Assembly (NCBI GenBank): GCA_002269645.1
Contig: NIVC01000637.1
Location: 1 to 64,000 of the forward strand
Origin: Macrostomum lignano
Lineage: Eukaryota
Length of the DNA stretch: 64,000 bases
Direction of reading: 5' to 3'
The notes below the pieces were generated by a model, which was not told where the DNA came from, did no database searches, and saw nothing but the letters and a program-made list of their open reading frames with translations. The position numbers were made by a program, and so were the translations under genes. Of the stretch, positions 48,022-59,377 are shown one piece after another; positions within the stretch are counted from its first letter, which is position 1; each line of letters begins with the position of its first letter.

Positions 48022-51000
48022 ATGGAATTCGGTAACGCAAAATTCGGCGCCGTGGCGCTGGCCCTGCAGGCGCTTTTTGTGGCGCTGTTTGCCGCATTCG
48101 CCAAGTACGACGAGCAGGCGGACGCCGGGCTGTGGGGCAACGCAACCGGACGGCTCAGACCGGCGGAGGTGGGCACTGAGAACAGCCTGGGACCGAACTA
48201 CCCGAGTGAGCGCACGGGGCTCTGAGGGCTGGATTGATGGGATTTAATGCGACGTTGTCGCTTCCTCGGTAGTCTGGTCACCTCCCCGGTAGTCTGATCA
48301 TCTCCCCGGTAGTCTGGTCACTTCCCCCGTAGTCTGGTCACCTCCCCGGTAGTCTGGTCACCTCCCCGGTAGTCTGGTTACCTCCCTGGTAGTCTGGTCT
48401 CCTCCCCGGTAGTCTGGTCATCTCCCCGGTAGTCTGATCATCTCCCCGGTAGTCTGGTCACTTCCCCGGTAGTCTGGTCTCCTCCCCGGTAGTCTGATCA
48501 TCTCCCCGGTAGTCTGGTCACCTCCCCGGTAGTCTGGTCACCTCCCCGGTAGTCTGGTCACCTCCCCGGTAGTCTGGTCTCCTCCCCGGTAGTCTGGTCA
48601 CCTCCCCGGTAGTCTGGTCACCTCCCCGGTAGTCTGGTCTCCTCCCCGGTAGTCTGGTCACCTCCCCGGTAGTCTGGTCTCCTCCCCGGTAGTCTGGTCA
48701 CCTCCCCGGTAGTCTGGTCATAGTCTGGTCTCCTCCCTGGTAGTCTGGTCTCCTCCCCGGTAGTCTGGTCATCTCCCCGGTAGTCTGATTATCTCCCCGG
48801 TAGTCTGGTCACCTCCCCGGTAGTCTGGTCACCTCCCCGGTAGTCTGGTCACCTCCCCGGTAGTCTGATTATCTCCCCGGTAGTCTGGTCATCTCCCCGG
48901 TAGTCTGGTCACCTCCCCGGTAGTCTGGTCACCTCCCCGGTAGTCTGGTCACCTCCCCGGTAGTCTGGTCTCCTCCCCGGTAGTCTGGTCTCCTCCCCGG
49001 TAGTCTGGTCACCTCCCGGTAGTCTGGTCTCCTCCCCGGTAGTCTAGTCACCTCCCCGGTAGTCTGGTCACCTCCCCGGTAGTCTGGTCACCTCCCCGGT
49101 AGTCTGGTCTCCTCCCCGGTAGTCTGGTCTCCTCCCCGGTAGTCTGGTCACCTCCCCGGTAGTCTGGTTACCTCCCCGGTAGTCTGGTCACCTCCCCGGT
49201 AGTCTGGTTACCTCCCCGGTAGTCTGGTCGCCCTATCTCTAGTCACTCCTCAATAACCTCCATATGATAGTCTGCCATATAAAACTTCCAGTGTTTCAGG
49301 ACGTCCACGTGATGATATTCGCCGGCTTCGGGTTCCTCATGACCTTCCTGAAGTGGTACGGCTTCTGCAGCGTAGGCCTCAACATGCTCATCTCCGCGCT
49401 GGTCATCCAGTGGGGCATGCTGGTGAACGGGTTCTTCCACCTGAAGGATGCCAAGTTCAGCATCGATATTCAGGGGTGAGCTGTGACCCAGACGTGGCTG
49501 AAATGAGTCAGGGTTATGGTTAGGGTTAGGGTTATTAAATTTGCATGAAAAAATTAGTTCGCACTACTCTACTATCCAGTTATGAGTAGTGTAGCAGGCA
49601 TAATCACTGCAGCCATCAAAATACCCCCTTCGAAATCCTCCAGACTGCTGGCTGCCGACTTCGCTTGCGCCGCCGTGCTGATTTCCTTCGGCGCGATGCT
49701 GGGCCGGCTGTCGCCACTGCAGTGTCTCGTGCTGTCGCTTGTCGAGATCCCCATCTTTGTTGCTAACGAATATGTTGGCCTATACATATTCAAGGTATGA
49801 AGGGTTGCACCTGAGCGATTCATCAGCAATGCGCTGCTCAGTTCGCGGGGGGGGTTCTGGGCGATCATGGCGACAATCGGCCGGAAGCCTGTGGGGAGGC
49901 GGCAGTCAAGGCTCGTTCCGCTGACAAATCTCAATAAAATCCCCAGGCCGCGGACATGGGCGGCAGCATGTTTGTCCACGTGTTCGGCGCCTACTTCGGC
50001 ATCGCCGCCTCTAAGGCGCTGACCGCGCCGGGCGACGGCAAGAACAGCAACGACCATTCGGGCTACAGCAGCGACCTGTTTGCCATGATCGGTGAGCTGA
50101 GATCACTCACTCACTCACTCACTCACTCACTCACTCACTCACTCACTCACTCACTCACTCACTCACTCACTCACTCACTCACTCACTCACACACTCACTC
50201 ACTCACTCACTCACTCACTCACTCACTCACTCACTCACTCACTCACTCACTCACTCCCGCAGGCACCATCTTTCTGTGGCTGTACTGGCCGAGTTTCAAC
50301 GCCGGCCTGGCCTCGGGAGACGACAAGCACCGGGCGGTGATCAACACCTACCTGTCCCTGGCCGCCTGCACCGTCGTGGCCTACGCCGCCTCCGCCCTCT
50401 TCGAGAAGGGCAAGTTCGAGATGAGTCACATTCAGAACGCCACGCTGGCCGGCGGGGTGGCCGTCGGGACAGTCGCCGACATGATGATCCGGCCGTACGG
50501 AGCTCTGATCATCGGTTGCTTGGCCGGCCTGCTCAGCGTGTTTGGCTACGCTGTGATTGCTGTGAGCACCTGGCGTGAGCACTGCTCACCTGCCTGCGGG
50601 GGGTTGATGCAATAGGAAGATTGAGATTAGAATCTGGGATTTGGGATCTGGGATTTGGGATCTGGGATTTGGGATCTGGGATTTGGGATCTGGGATTTGG
50701 GATCTGGGATTTGGGATCTGGGATTTGGGATCTGGGAGTTGCGATCTGGGATTTTGGATCTGGGATTTGGAACCTGGGATTTAAGATTTGAGATTGGGTA
50801 TCCCGTTATGGGGATATGAGGTTTGAGATGTGTGACTTGGGATGGGAGTCAAGAATTGGTATGCGGGTTTTGCAGGTGGGATCTGGGATTTTGGATCTGG
50901 GATTTGGGATCTGGGATTTGGGATCTGGGATTTGGGATCTGGGATTTGGGATCTGGGATTTAATTTCTGGGAATTCGTGCTGGGATCTGTCTTTTTCTAT

Positions 51001-53427
51001 CATTTGCCTAACAGAAGCAAACCTACCACAGCCTACTGTCAGTAGCTCAGGCAGTTCCTTTCCGCAAAATCTGCAGAAAAAGCTGCGCGCCGCCAACATC
51101 CTGGACACGTGCGGGGTCAACAACCTGCACGGCATGCCCGGTCTGCTGGCCGGCCTCCTGGGCATCATCTACTCCGCTTCGGCCAGCCTCGATGACTATG
51201 GGAACGGGTGAGGTGCTGCTTGCCATGGCAACAGTCTTTATGTGCACTTCGGTCATTCTGTTTACCTTTATCCCAGATCCCGATTGTCTTTATTCCAGAT
51301 CCCCATCCGGCTTCGGCACCTAAATCATCTTTTTTCCAGATCCACTAATTAAATTGATTTAACCTACCATCATTTGGATCCAGATCCCATCATTTGGATC
51401 CTAGATCCCATCATTTGGATCCCAGATTATTCCATCATTTGGATCCCAGATCCCATCATTTGGATCCCAGAACCCATCATTTGGATCCCAGATTATTCCA
51501 TCATTTGGATCCCAGATTATTCCATCATTTGGACCCCAGATCCCATCATTTGGATCCCAGAACCCATCATTTGGATCCCAGATTATTCCATCATTTGGAC
51601 CCCAGATCCCATCATTTGGATCCCAGATCCCATCATTTGGATCCCAGATCCCATCATTTGGATCCCAGATTATTCCATCATTTGGATCCCAGATCCCATC
51701 ATTTGGATCCCAGATTATTCCATCATTTGGATCCCAGATCCCATCATTTGGATCCCAGATTATTCCATCATTTGGATCCCAGATCCCATCATTTGGATCC
51801 CAGATCCCATCATTTGGATCCCAGATCCCATCATTTGGATCCCAGATCCCATCATTTGGATCCCAGATCCCATCATTTGGATCCCAGAACCCATCATTTG
51901 GATCCCAGATCCCATCATTTGGATCCCAGATTATTCCATCATTTGGATTCAGATCCCATCATTTGGATCTAGATCGATCCCATCATTTGGATCCAGATCC
52001 CATCATTTGGATCCCAGATTCCCTCATCATAATCAAGGAGTATTTGAAAGAAAACATTATTTCCAGCATTGCAATCCCAGATTCCCATCATCATCTTTCC
52101 TTTTAAAAAATCGAGCAGTCCCAGCGCAAGCTCGCATATTTTTTAGCTAAAAGAGCACCAGAGCTGCAGCATCTCCAAACACCCGCTTTGGCAGCTGCAC
52201 TGGCAGCGCATTGTTGCAGACAAATGCCTTACACTAAATTAAAATCCATAAACAGCCGCCTGAGCTCCGGGGCGGGAGGCGGGCCGGCTTTACATTAGTA
52301 AAAAATCAATGAAAAAATGAAAAAACACGCCGAGACGCTCGCAGTGATCGGCATCTCATTGGTTGCCGAACTGCTGGCAGGATGAGCCGCCCCGCGCTCT
52401 CAGCCTGACTGCATCCTGCGCGACATGGTAGATGGTGGCATGGGTCTCCGAACTCACTCATGAACTCACTCATGTGCTCATAGACTCGCTCATGAGCTCA
52501 TGAACTCACTCAAGGGCTCATAAACTCAATCCATGGCTCATAAACTCACTCGTGGGCTCATAAACTCACTCAAGGGCTCATAAACTCAATCCATGGCTCA
52601 TAAACTCACTCAATGACTCATAAACTCAATCAATGGCTCATAGACTCACTCGTGGGCTCATAAACTCACCCACGGACCCATAAACTCACTCACGGACCCA
52701 TTAACTCACTCACGGACCCATAAACTCACTCACGGACCCATTAACTCACTCACGGACCCATTAACTCACTCACGGACCCATTTAAACTCCCCCGCAGGCT
52801 CTACCAGATTTTTCCGGCCAGGGCGCCAGTCACGGCCAACGGCAGCGCCTTCGAATACGTGGTGAAGGACGGCACCCTGTCAGTTGAAGGAGGCGGCGCC
52901 GGCCGCTCCGCCGGGTCGCAAGCGGCTTTTCAGGCCGCCGCGCTGGGACTCACGCTGCTGTGCGCCGTCCTGGGTGGCCTGCTGACAGGTGGGCGGCTGC
53001 TCAGCCCTGTGCTCTGGGCTGGCTGACCTGCCCTGCTGCTCAGCCCTGTGCTCTGGGCTGGCTGACCTGCCCTGCTGCTCAGCCCTGTGCTCTGGGCTGG
53101 CTGACCTGCCCTGCTGCTCAGCCCTGTGCTCTGGGATGGCTGACCTGCCCTGCTGCTCAGCCCTGTGCTCTGGGATGGCTGACCTGCCCACCACTGAATT
53201 CTAACCACCCATTCCTACTCACCCAGCAAACCAGCATCATCTTTAGCCTCCCCGCCTCCCCATCCGCAGGCTTCATTCTCCGTCTGCCCATCCTGGACCC
53301 GGTGCGCATGGAGAACTTCTTCCAGGACGACAGGTTCTGGCACGTGCCCAGCAACTACGACGCCAGGCCATTCGGCGGGGAGGGCAGCGTGCCGCTGAAC
53401 GACAAGGAGGCTGAGGAGCCAGTGTGA
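48022..53427 (+). CDS. Rh: Rh-family (Amt/Mep/Rh) ammonia transporter, 8 exons
   Basis: Exons 48022-48205, 49292-49475, 49644-49794, 49947-50091, 50263-50561, 51077-51207, 52798-52988, 53270-53427 (TGA); all phases are compatible. Motifs [38 protein letters not shown] (first pore His), [27 protein letters not shown] and [13 protein letters not shown] (second pore His). Confidence 0.96.
48265..53190. repeat. Rh intronic repeats: 20-bp 48265-49230, (CACT)n 50104-50256, 14-bp 50630-50965, 21/24-bp 51370-52025, 20-bp 52450-52785, 39-bp 52995-53190
   Basis: Each lies wholly within an Rh intron defined by the exon calls. Confidence 0.92.
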
Positions 53428-53604
53428 TGAGGCGGAGGAACTGGAGTCTGTTTTGAGACTAAAAACAAATTCGAGAAAACTGCAATATGATATTCTAATT
53501 GTCCTCCTATTTATCACTATTTTATCCCAACTCGCCTCATCACTTCAACCTGGCCAGTTGCAAAGTCCTGAGCAAGGTCGCTCGCGGAGCACGCTCAGGG
53601 ACTT

Positions 53605-53800
53605 CTAGAATTGGCACCGGTGGACTGGAAGCGTTCCGACTCTCGCGCCGCGACCCCTGGTTCGATTCCGACCCGTGAGGGCCAACCCCCAAGGCACGGA
53701 GAGTGTACATGCCGAAGGTGACCTCTCTAATGTTGTGACTGAACTGTGGCAGTCCTTAATCCCCTCTCCTTGGTGCAAAAGGACAAAAATCTTCGACCCA
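53605..53800 (+). mobile_element. tRNA-derived (Glu-CTC-like) SINE or tRNA pseudogene; boundaries approximate
   Basis: B box GGTTCGATTCC at 53659-53669, preceded by CTCTCGCGCCGCGACCCCT, which resembles the anticodon-to-T arm of tRNA-Glu(CTC). The T-stem is broken. The body TGAGGGCCAACCCCCAAGGCAC recurs inverted near 41850-41875. Confidence 0.55.
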
Positions 53801-54334
53801 CTGAACGCTAGGCGGGGGCGCACTTTATTCAGGCTTCCAGTCCAACCGTGCTATTTCCAGAAGTCCCTGGCGCGCGGCCGACACATCAGGTTTCAGCCTG
53901 AGAATTTCTGTCATGCTGCGGAGTCCGCCTCGCTAATTCCCAGGCCGCTTTTTAATCCTCACAGTTTATCCTGGCACTTTACCCGATTTTTTTAATTGGT
54001 CGTCTGCCTGCGTCACACCTGCTGTCTGCTGCTAATGCCCCAGCCTCCCCGCCTCATCGCACCAGCACTGTTGCTTCTTCACCCATCAGTCCCGCAGCCT
54101 ATACAGGGCTTGCAGTGAATAGGATACGAATGATAAGCTGAATTACAGCCAAGAGCCTGCTGAGCAAACGAATTGACAAGCGACACCTGCGATGCCTGTC
54201 AGTCAGTGCTGGCCAAGCACGGGGACTCTCGCTGACAGCCGCTAGGGCTCAGCATTTCAGCCAGCCTGCGTCAGTCATGTTCGATCTGAGAGCAACGAGT
54301 GAGTACACAGCTAGCGGTGACAGCGGTAACTGTG

Positions 54335-56548
54335 AGCAGGACCGTACACACCTATGATCGGGACCGTACTCACCTATGATCGGGACCGTACACACCTATG
54401 ATCGGGACCGTACACACCTATGATCGGGACCGTACACACCTATGATCAGGGCCGCACACACCTATGATCGGGACCGTACTCACCTATGATCGGGACCGTA
54501 CACACCTATGATCGGGACCGTACACACCTATGATCGGGACCGTACTCACCTATGATCAGGACCGTACACACCTATGATCGGGACCGTACACAACTATGAT
54601 CAGGGCCGCACACACCTATGATCGGGACCGTACTCACCTATGATCGGGACCGTACACACCTATGATCGGGACCATACACACCTGTGATCGGTACAGTACA
54701 CACCTATGATCGGGACCGTACTCACCTATGATCAGGACCGTACACACCTATGATCAGGACCATACTCACCTATGACCAGGATCGTACACACCTATGATCA
54801 GGACCGTACACATCTATGATCGGGACCGTACATATACTACAGACCTATTACAAGGATCGTGCACATTTATGATCAGGACCGTGTATACTTTTGATTCGGA
54901 CCGTACAGGCTATAACCAGATCCATACAGGCTATTATCAGGTCCATACAGGCTATGACCAGATTTGTAGGCTATGATCAGATTTGTACAGACTATGAGCA
55001 GATCCGTACAGGCTATGAGCAGATCCGTACAGGCTATGACCAGATCCGTACAGGCTATGACCAGATCTGTAGACTATGATCAGATCTGTACAGACTATAT
55101 GAGCAGATCCGTACAGGCTATGACCAGATCCATACAGGCTATGACCAGATTTTTAGACTATGATCAGATCTGTACAGACTATATGAGCAGATCCGTACAG
55201 GCTATGACCAGATTTTTAGACTATGATCAGATCTGTACAGACTATATGAGCAGATCCGTACAGGCTATGACCAGATCCATGCAGGCTATGACCAGACCGC
55301 GAGCCTCTTGTGATAAAAGCAGGGATCACAAGATCGCTGAGATTGTGACAGCGCATGAAAACTGTCTGCCTCAGCTTCCGACCAAAAAGCAATATTTCAG
55401 AAAGCCCCGCAATGGCTACATAACTAAGAGCGGGGAAAATAATTAATTGAATTATGAATTTAATTTTTAACTTACCTCTAGTAAAACAAGAAGGCAGAGT
55501 GGAGCTAAAATTCCAAAGCCATGAAGCCATTCTGAATGAATTCAAAATAAATTGCTAACAGGCCTCCTCCGCCGACAATGGGAGCTGGCGGTGCGGGCCC
55601 GCCGGGGGAGGGAAAAAGTGCACCTGCCACAGGAGAGTCACCTGCTCAAGTCAGGCAGAAAATTTTGCAATTTTCTTGGACCCGAAAAACCCCGAGATCA
55701 ATGCGCTGCGATCGGGGGGGGAGGCTGGGGCGGATGAGGCGAAGGTGAGTACACGAAAATACTGGCAGAAATACAGAACACACCTGTTTGAGCACTCTCG
55801 GCTGCACCGAATTCCCAAGAAATCATGTGGGGCAGCTGCATGCGACATCTGGCTCGGCTCCATCACTGCATTTGTGCGGCTCCGTCCGACTGCAGCAGCT
55901 CTGCGGCTGGGGCTACTGCCCTTAATACTACAGTCTCCCCATCACCCCATCACTTTATCACCCCATCACCCCATCACCCCATCACCCCATCACCACATCA
56001 CCCATCACCCCATCACCCCATCACCCCATCACCACATCACACATCACCCCATCACCCCATCACCCATCACCCATCACCCATCACCCATCACCCATCACCC
56101 ATCACCCATCACCCATCACCCAATCACCCATCACCCCATCACCCATCACCCATCACCTATCACCCCATCACCCCATCACCCCATCACCCCATCACCCCAT
56201 CACCCATCACCCCATCACTCCATCACCCATCACCCCATCACCCCATCACCCCATCACCCATCACCCATCACCCATCACCCCATCACCCATCGCCCCATCA
56301 CCCCATCACCCCATCACCCCATCACCCCATCACCCATCACCCATCACCCATCGCCCCATCACCCCATCACCCCATCACCCCATCACCCCATCACCCCATC
56401 ACCCCATCACCCAATCACCCTATCACCTCATCACCCATCACCCCATCACCCCATCACCCCATCACCCCATCACCCCATCACCCAATCACCACATCACCCC
56501 ATCACCCCATCACCCCATCACCATCACTCCATCACCCCATCACCCCAG
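54335..56548. repeat. 22-bp array 54335-54830, 21-bp array 54895-55295, and (CATCACCCC)n low-complexity tract 55935-56548
   Basis: Direct tandem copies. Confidence 0.92.
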
Positions 56549-57915
56549 GCAATCTTTGGCAATTGTTTCTTTCCAGGAAAACCCAGCCGAAATCCGAGTC
56601 CCGCAGCCCGCCAGGGTGATAAAAAAGCAATTATTGAAGCATCGCAGATGAGTCCCTCCCGAGCATCGGCATCAAATTTCTCAACCTCAACAGTTTCAGA
56701 ATGCCGGCCACTGTTTGATTGGCAATCTTCTTCTAGAAGAGAGCCCCTCACCGTGACAATATTGGCAGCCAAATCACGTCATTCGAAATGAAGAAATCTG
56801 AGATCATAAGTGACTTGGACGGCGCCGCTCGATCCCCACTGCTCCGTGTGAAACTAGGAGAGGGGAAAAGTCCCACCAGCTGAAAGCGGAGAGGCCTTTG
56901 AGTTTTCTATCGAAATTCATCGATTTCTGCTGCTCCGCGTCAGAGCAGCCTCTCAGCTTTGACAGCCTCCGCCACGCGGCGGCGGCGGCCCCCTCTGATC
57001 CGCGCTCTTCTGTTGTTCTGCTGTATGGAGTGGCAGAACGGCAGGCGGGTCTCTGAGTGCCGTGTCGCGGCAATCTCTGAAGCAGGGCAAGAGCCTGGCT
57101 ATGAGCTGCTTCTCAACACGCAAAAGCAACAATTGGAAATTGAGACACCCGTCAGGCAGCGGCCCAGCGATTGACAAGGCTTGTTTAGCGAGCCTCCCCA
57201 ACCCCAGCCTCTTCAAACTGAGCTGACGGCGCTGCATCAAGCTGATGGAGGGGCAATGAAGGATGGAGAGGGGCATCGAACCGTCAGGTGTTTGGGAGGC
57301 TGACAAACCCGCTGGGTAACCGGGAGACGCAGGCGTCATCTTAGCAGCTCTACGTACGAGCTACCAGCGCGTGGCCAAGACGTTCGCGGCATCCCACGGC
57401 AACACATGGCGCTCAGGGCGAATTTTCTTCCCTTGTGCTCCGCGGCTCTGCTATCGCGTGGAAGGGAAAATTCTCTTGGCTAAGAAGCGTCTCTACCTTA
57501 CCCAGCTTCCCCAGCTCCGGCCCCTCTGCTGCCAGCACCCCGCAGTGTCAGTGCTGCAGAGGCAGCGGGACTTGCACTCGAGGAGAACGGATCCGGCAAT
57601 GCAGCCTTGCAGACATCAGTTTTTAATGTCAAGCAGACACTGCTGCAGCCCTGGCAATGCTAATAGTACATGCCCAGATCCGCGGGGTTACATTGAACAG
57701 ACTTCCAAGACAATCGGTATTGCTGGGGGAACCGGCGGCCCCGATTCAAGAGTCACCTGAGGTTGGGGACTCGAAGAACCAGTTTATTTGTCATTTCAAT
57801 TGATTGAACAGCGAACTGCGGAACTGTGGAACGGAGGGCGGATTAAGAGGGGGTGCTGGAGGGCTCTGCCAGTGCTCAGCGGCAATCAGTGTTTAACTGC
57901 AGTTTGATTGTGGCA

Positions 57916-58763
57916 TTACTTTCGGCCGAAGCGCATGTATCTCTTGCCGAAGCGCATGTACCGCTTGTCCACCTCAGCGTTCGGGTCTTCGTTGCTTCGG
58001 CCGAAGCGCATGTACCTCTTGCCGAAGCGCATGTACCGCTTGCCGAAGCGCATGTACCGCTTGCCGAAACGCATGTACCGCTTGTCCACCTCAGCGTTCG
58101 GGTCTTCGTTGCTTCGGCCGAAGCGCATGTACCTCTTGCCGAAGCGCATGTATCGCTTGCCGAAGCGCATGTACCTCTTGTCCGCTTCTACCGGCCAGTG
58201 TTCGTCCACGCTGTCCAGGCCGTCCAGGCCGTCTTCGTCAGCAGCCGAGTCGCCCGAGCGGCCGAAGCGCATGTACCTCTTTTCCGCCTGCTCGGCCTCT
58301 GGAGTGGAGGTTGAGTGACCGGGGCGGGACTGTGAGGAGGCTGAAGGGCCGGGTCGGACATGGGAGGGGCGGACATGGGAGGGGCGGACATGGGAGGGGC
58401 GGACATGGGAGGGGCGGACATGGGAGGGGCGGACATGGGAGGGGCGGTTCCCGCGGGAACCTGCGAGCTGCCAGGCAGGGAGAGAGGGTTTCCCTGAAAC
58501 ACGACTTAGGCGGGTCGGAGTCTCTCAGAAGCGCCTCCCAGTGGCCGCGTCTGGACGGTTGCTGCCGCCTCCTTGGCGGAGCCCGACACGCAAGGGGCGG
58601 GGCCAGCGGCAGCCGGCGGGGTCTCGGTGGGACATGGAAAAGGAGGGTCAGGAGGCGGCGGAAACTCACCTGGGGCGGCAGCCGCCTTGCCGTCGGTAGT
58701 GGAGGCGGCGGGCGCCAGCGCGGCCAGGAGGGCCAGAGCGGCCAGGGCAGCGACGCAGTTCAT
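57916..58763 (-). CDS. FMRFamide-like neuropeptide precursor encoding 10 copies of YMRFamide
   Basis: Exon 1 (58763-58670) encodes signal peptide [21 protein letters not shown] and ends at a GTGAGT donor, phase 1. Exon 2 (58298-57916) encodes KR-YMRF-G-(K/R) units in groups of 1, 3, 4 and 2, separated by acidic spacers ([10 protein letters not shown] twice). The Gly amidation donor and basic cleavage sites are intact. Confidence 0.93.
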
Positions 58764-59377
58764 TTTGCCTGATTTGCCGAGCTGTGCGATCCGATTCGAC
58801 TTTCACTCGCTTGGCTCCGCCTCGCTTGTTCGCTCGCTAAATCGCTGCAATGCGGAGACGGGTTCGGGAGAGCTTGAGGAGGGCTGGGTCTGTTTGAGCA
58901 GCTGGCCGGGCAGCTGATGGATGGCCGGGTCATCCCCCCTGTGCTCGGGAGACAAGCTGCGCTAGGCATGACAGATCGCTGCCCAGTCAGCGGGGAGGGC
59001 GGGGCACTGGAGGCAGCTGTCAGTGGGGACCTGGGAGGGGGCAGAGACCAGGGAAGGCAATAATTTCAGCTAGCAATGATCTCACCTGAGATTTTCAAAG
59101 CTCGAAAATTGGCGACTGCCTTGATCTGCCGAGAAGCTGCTCCACCGAGTGGCGGCTCTTCCCGGCGGCGGACCGGCGGGGGATTTTAATCCTTTCTCGC
59201 GCGTCGGGGAAGCCGGCGCAGCAGATTCGACGCCGGCCGGGCAGCCAATCCGGGCGCTGGCGGCTCCACCTGCCAGCTCGGCCCCGTGCGGCTGAGCTGG
59301 TTGCCGGGGCAGTGCAGAGCCGGTGCCCGGCTCTGTGATTTCCGATGCGCGTGCAGTGCAACCTTTGAGGGAATTGG

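Noticed and set aside
49508-49535. GGTTAGGGTTAGGGTT telomere-like sequence in Rh intron 2
   Set aside because: Only about two perfect TTAGGG units; too short to call an interstitial telomere.
53610-53682. Functional tRNA-Glu gene
   Set aside because: The T-stem and acceptor stem do not pair; retained only as a SINE or pseudogene candidate.
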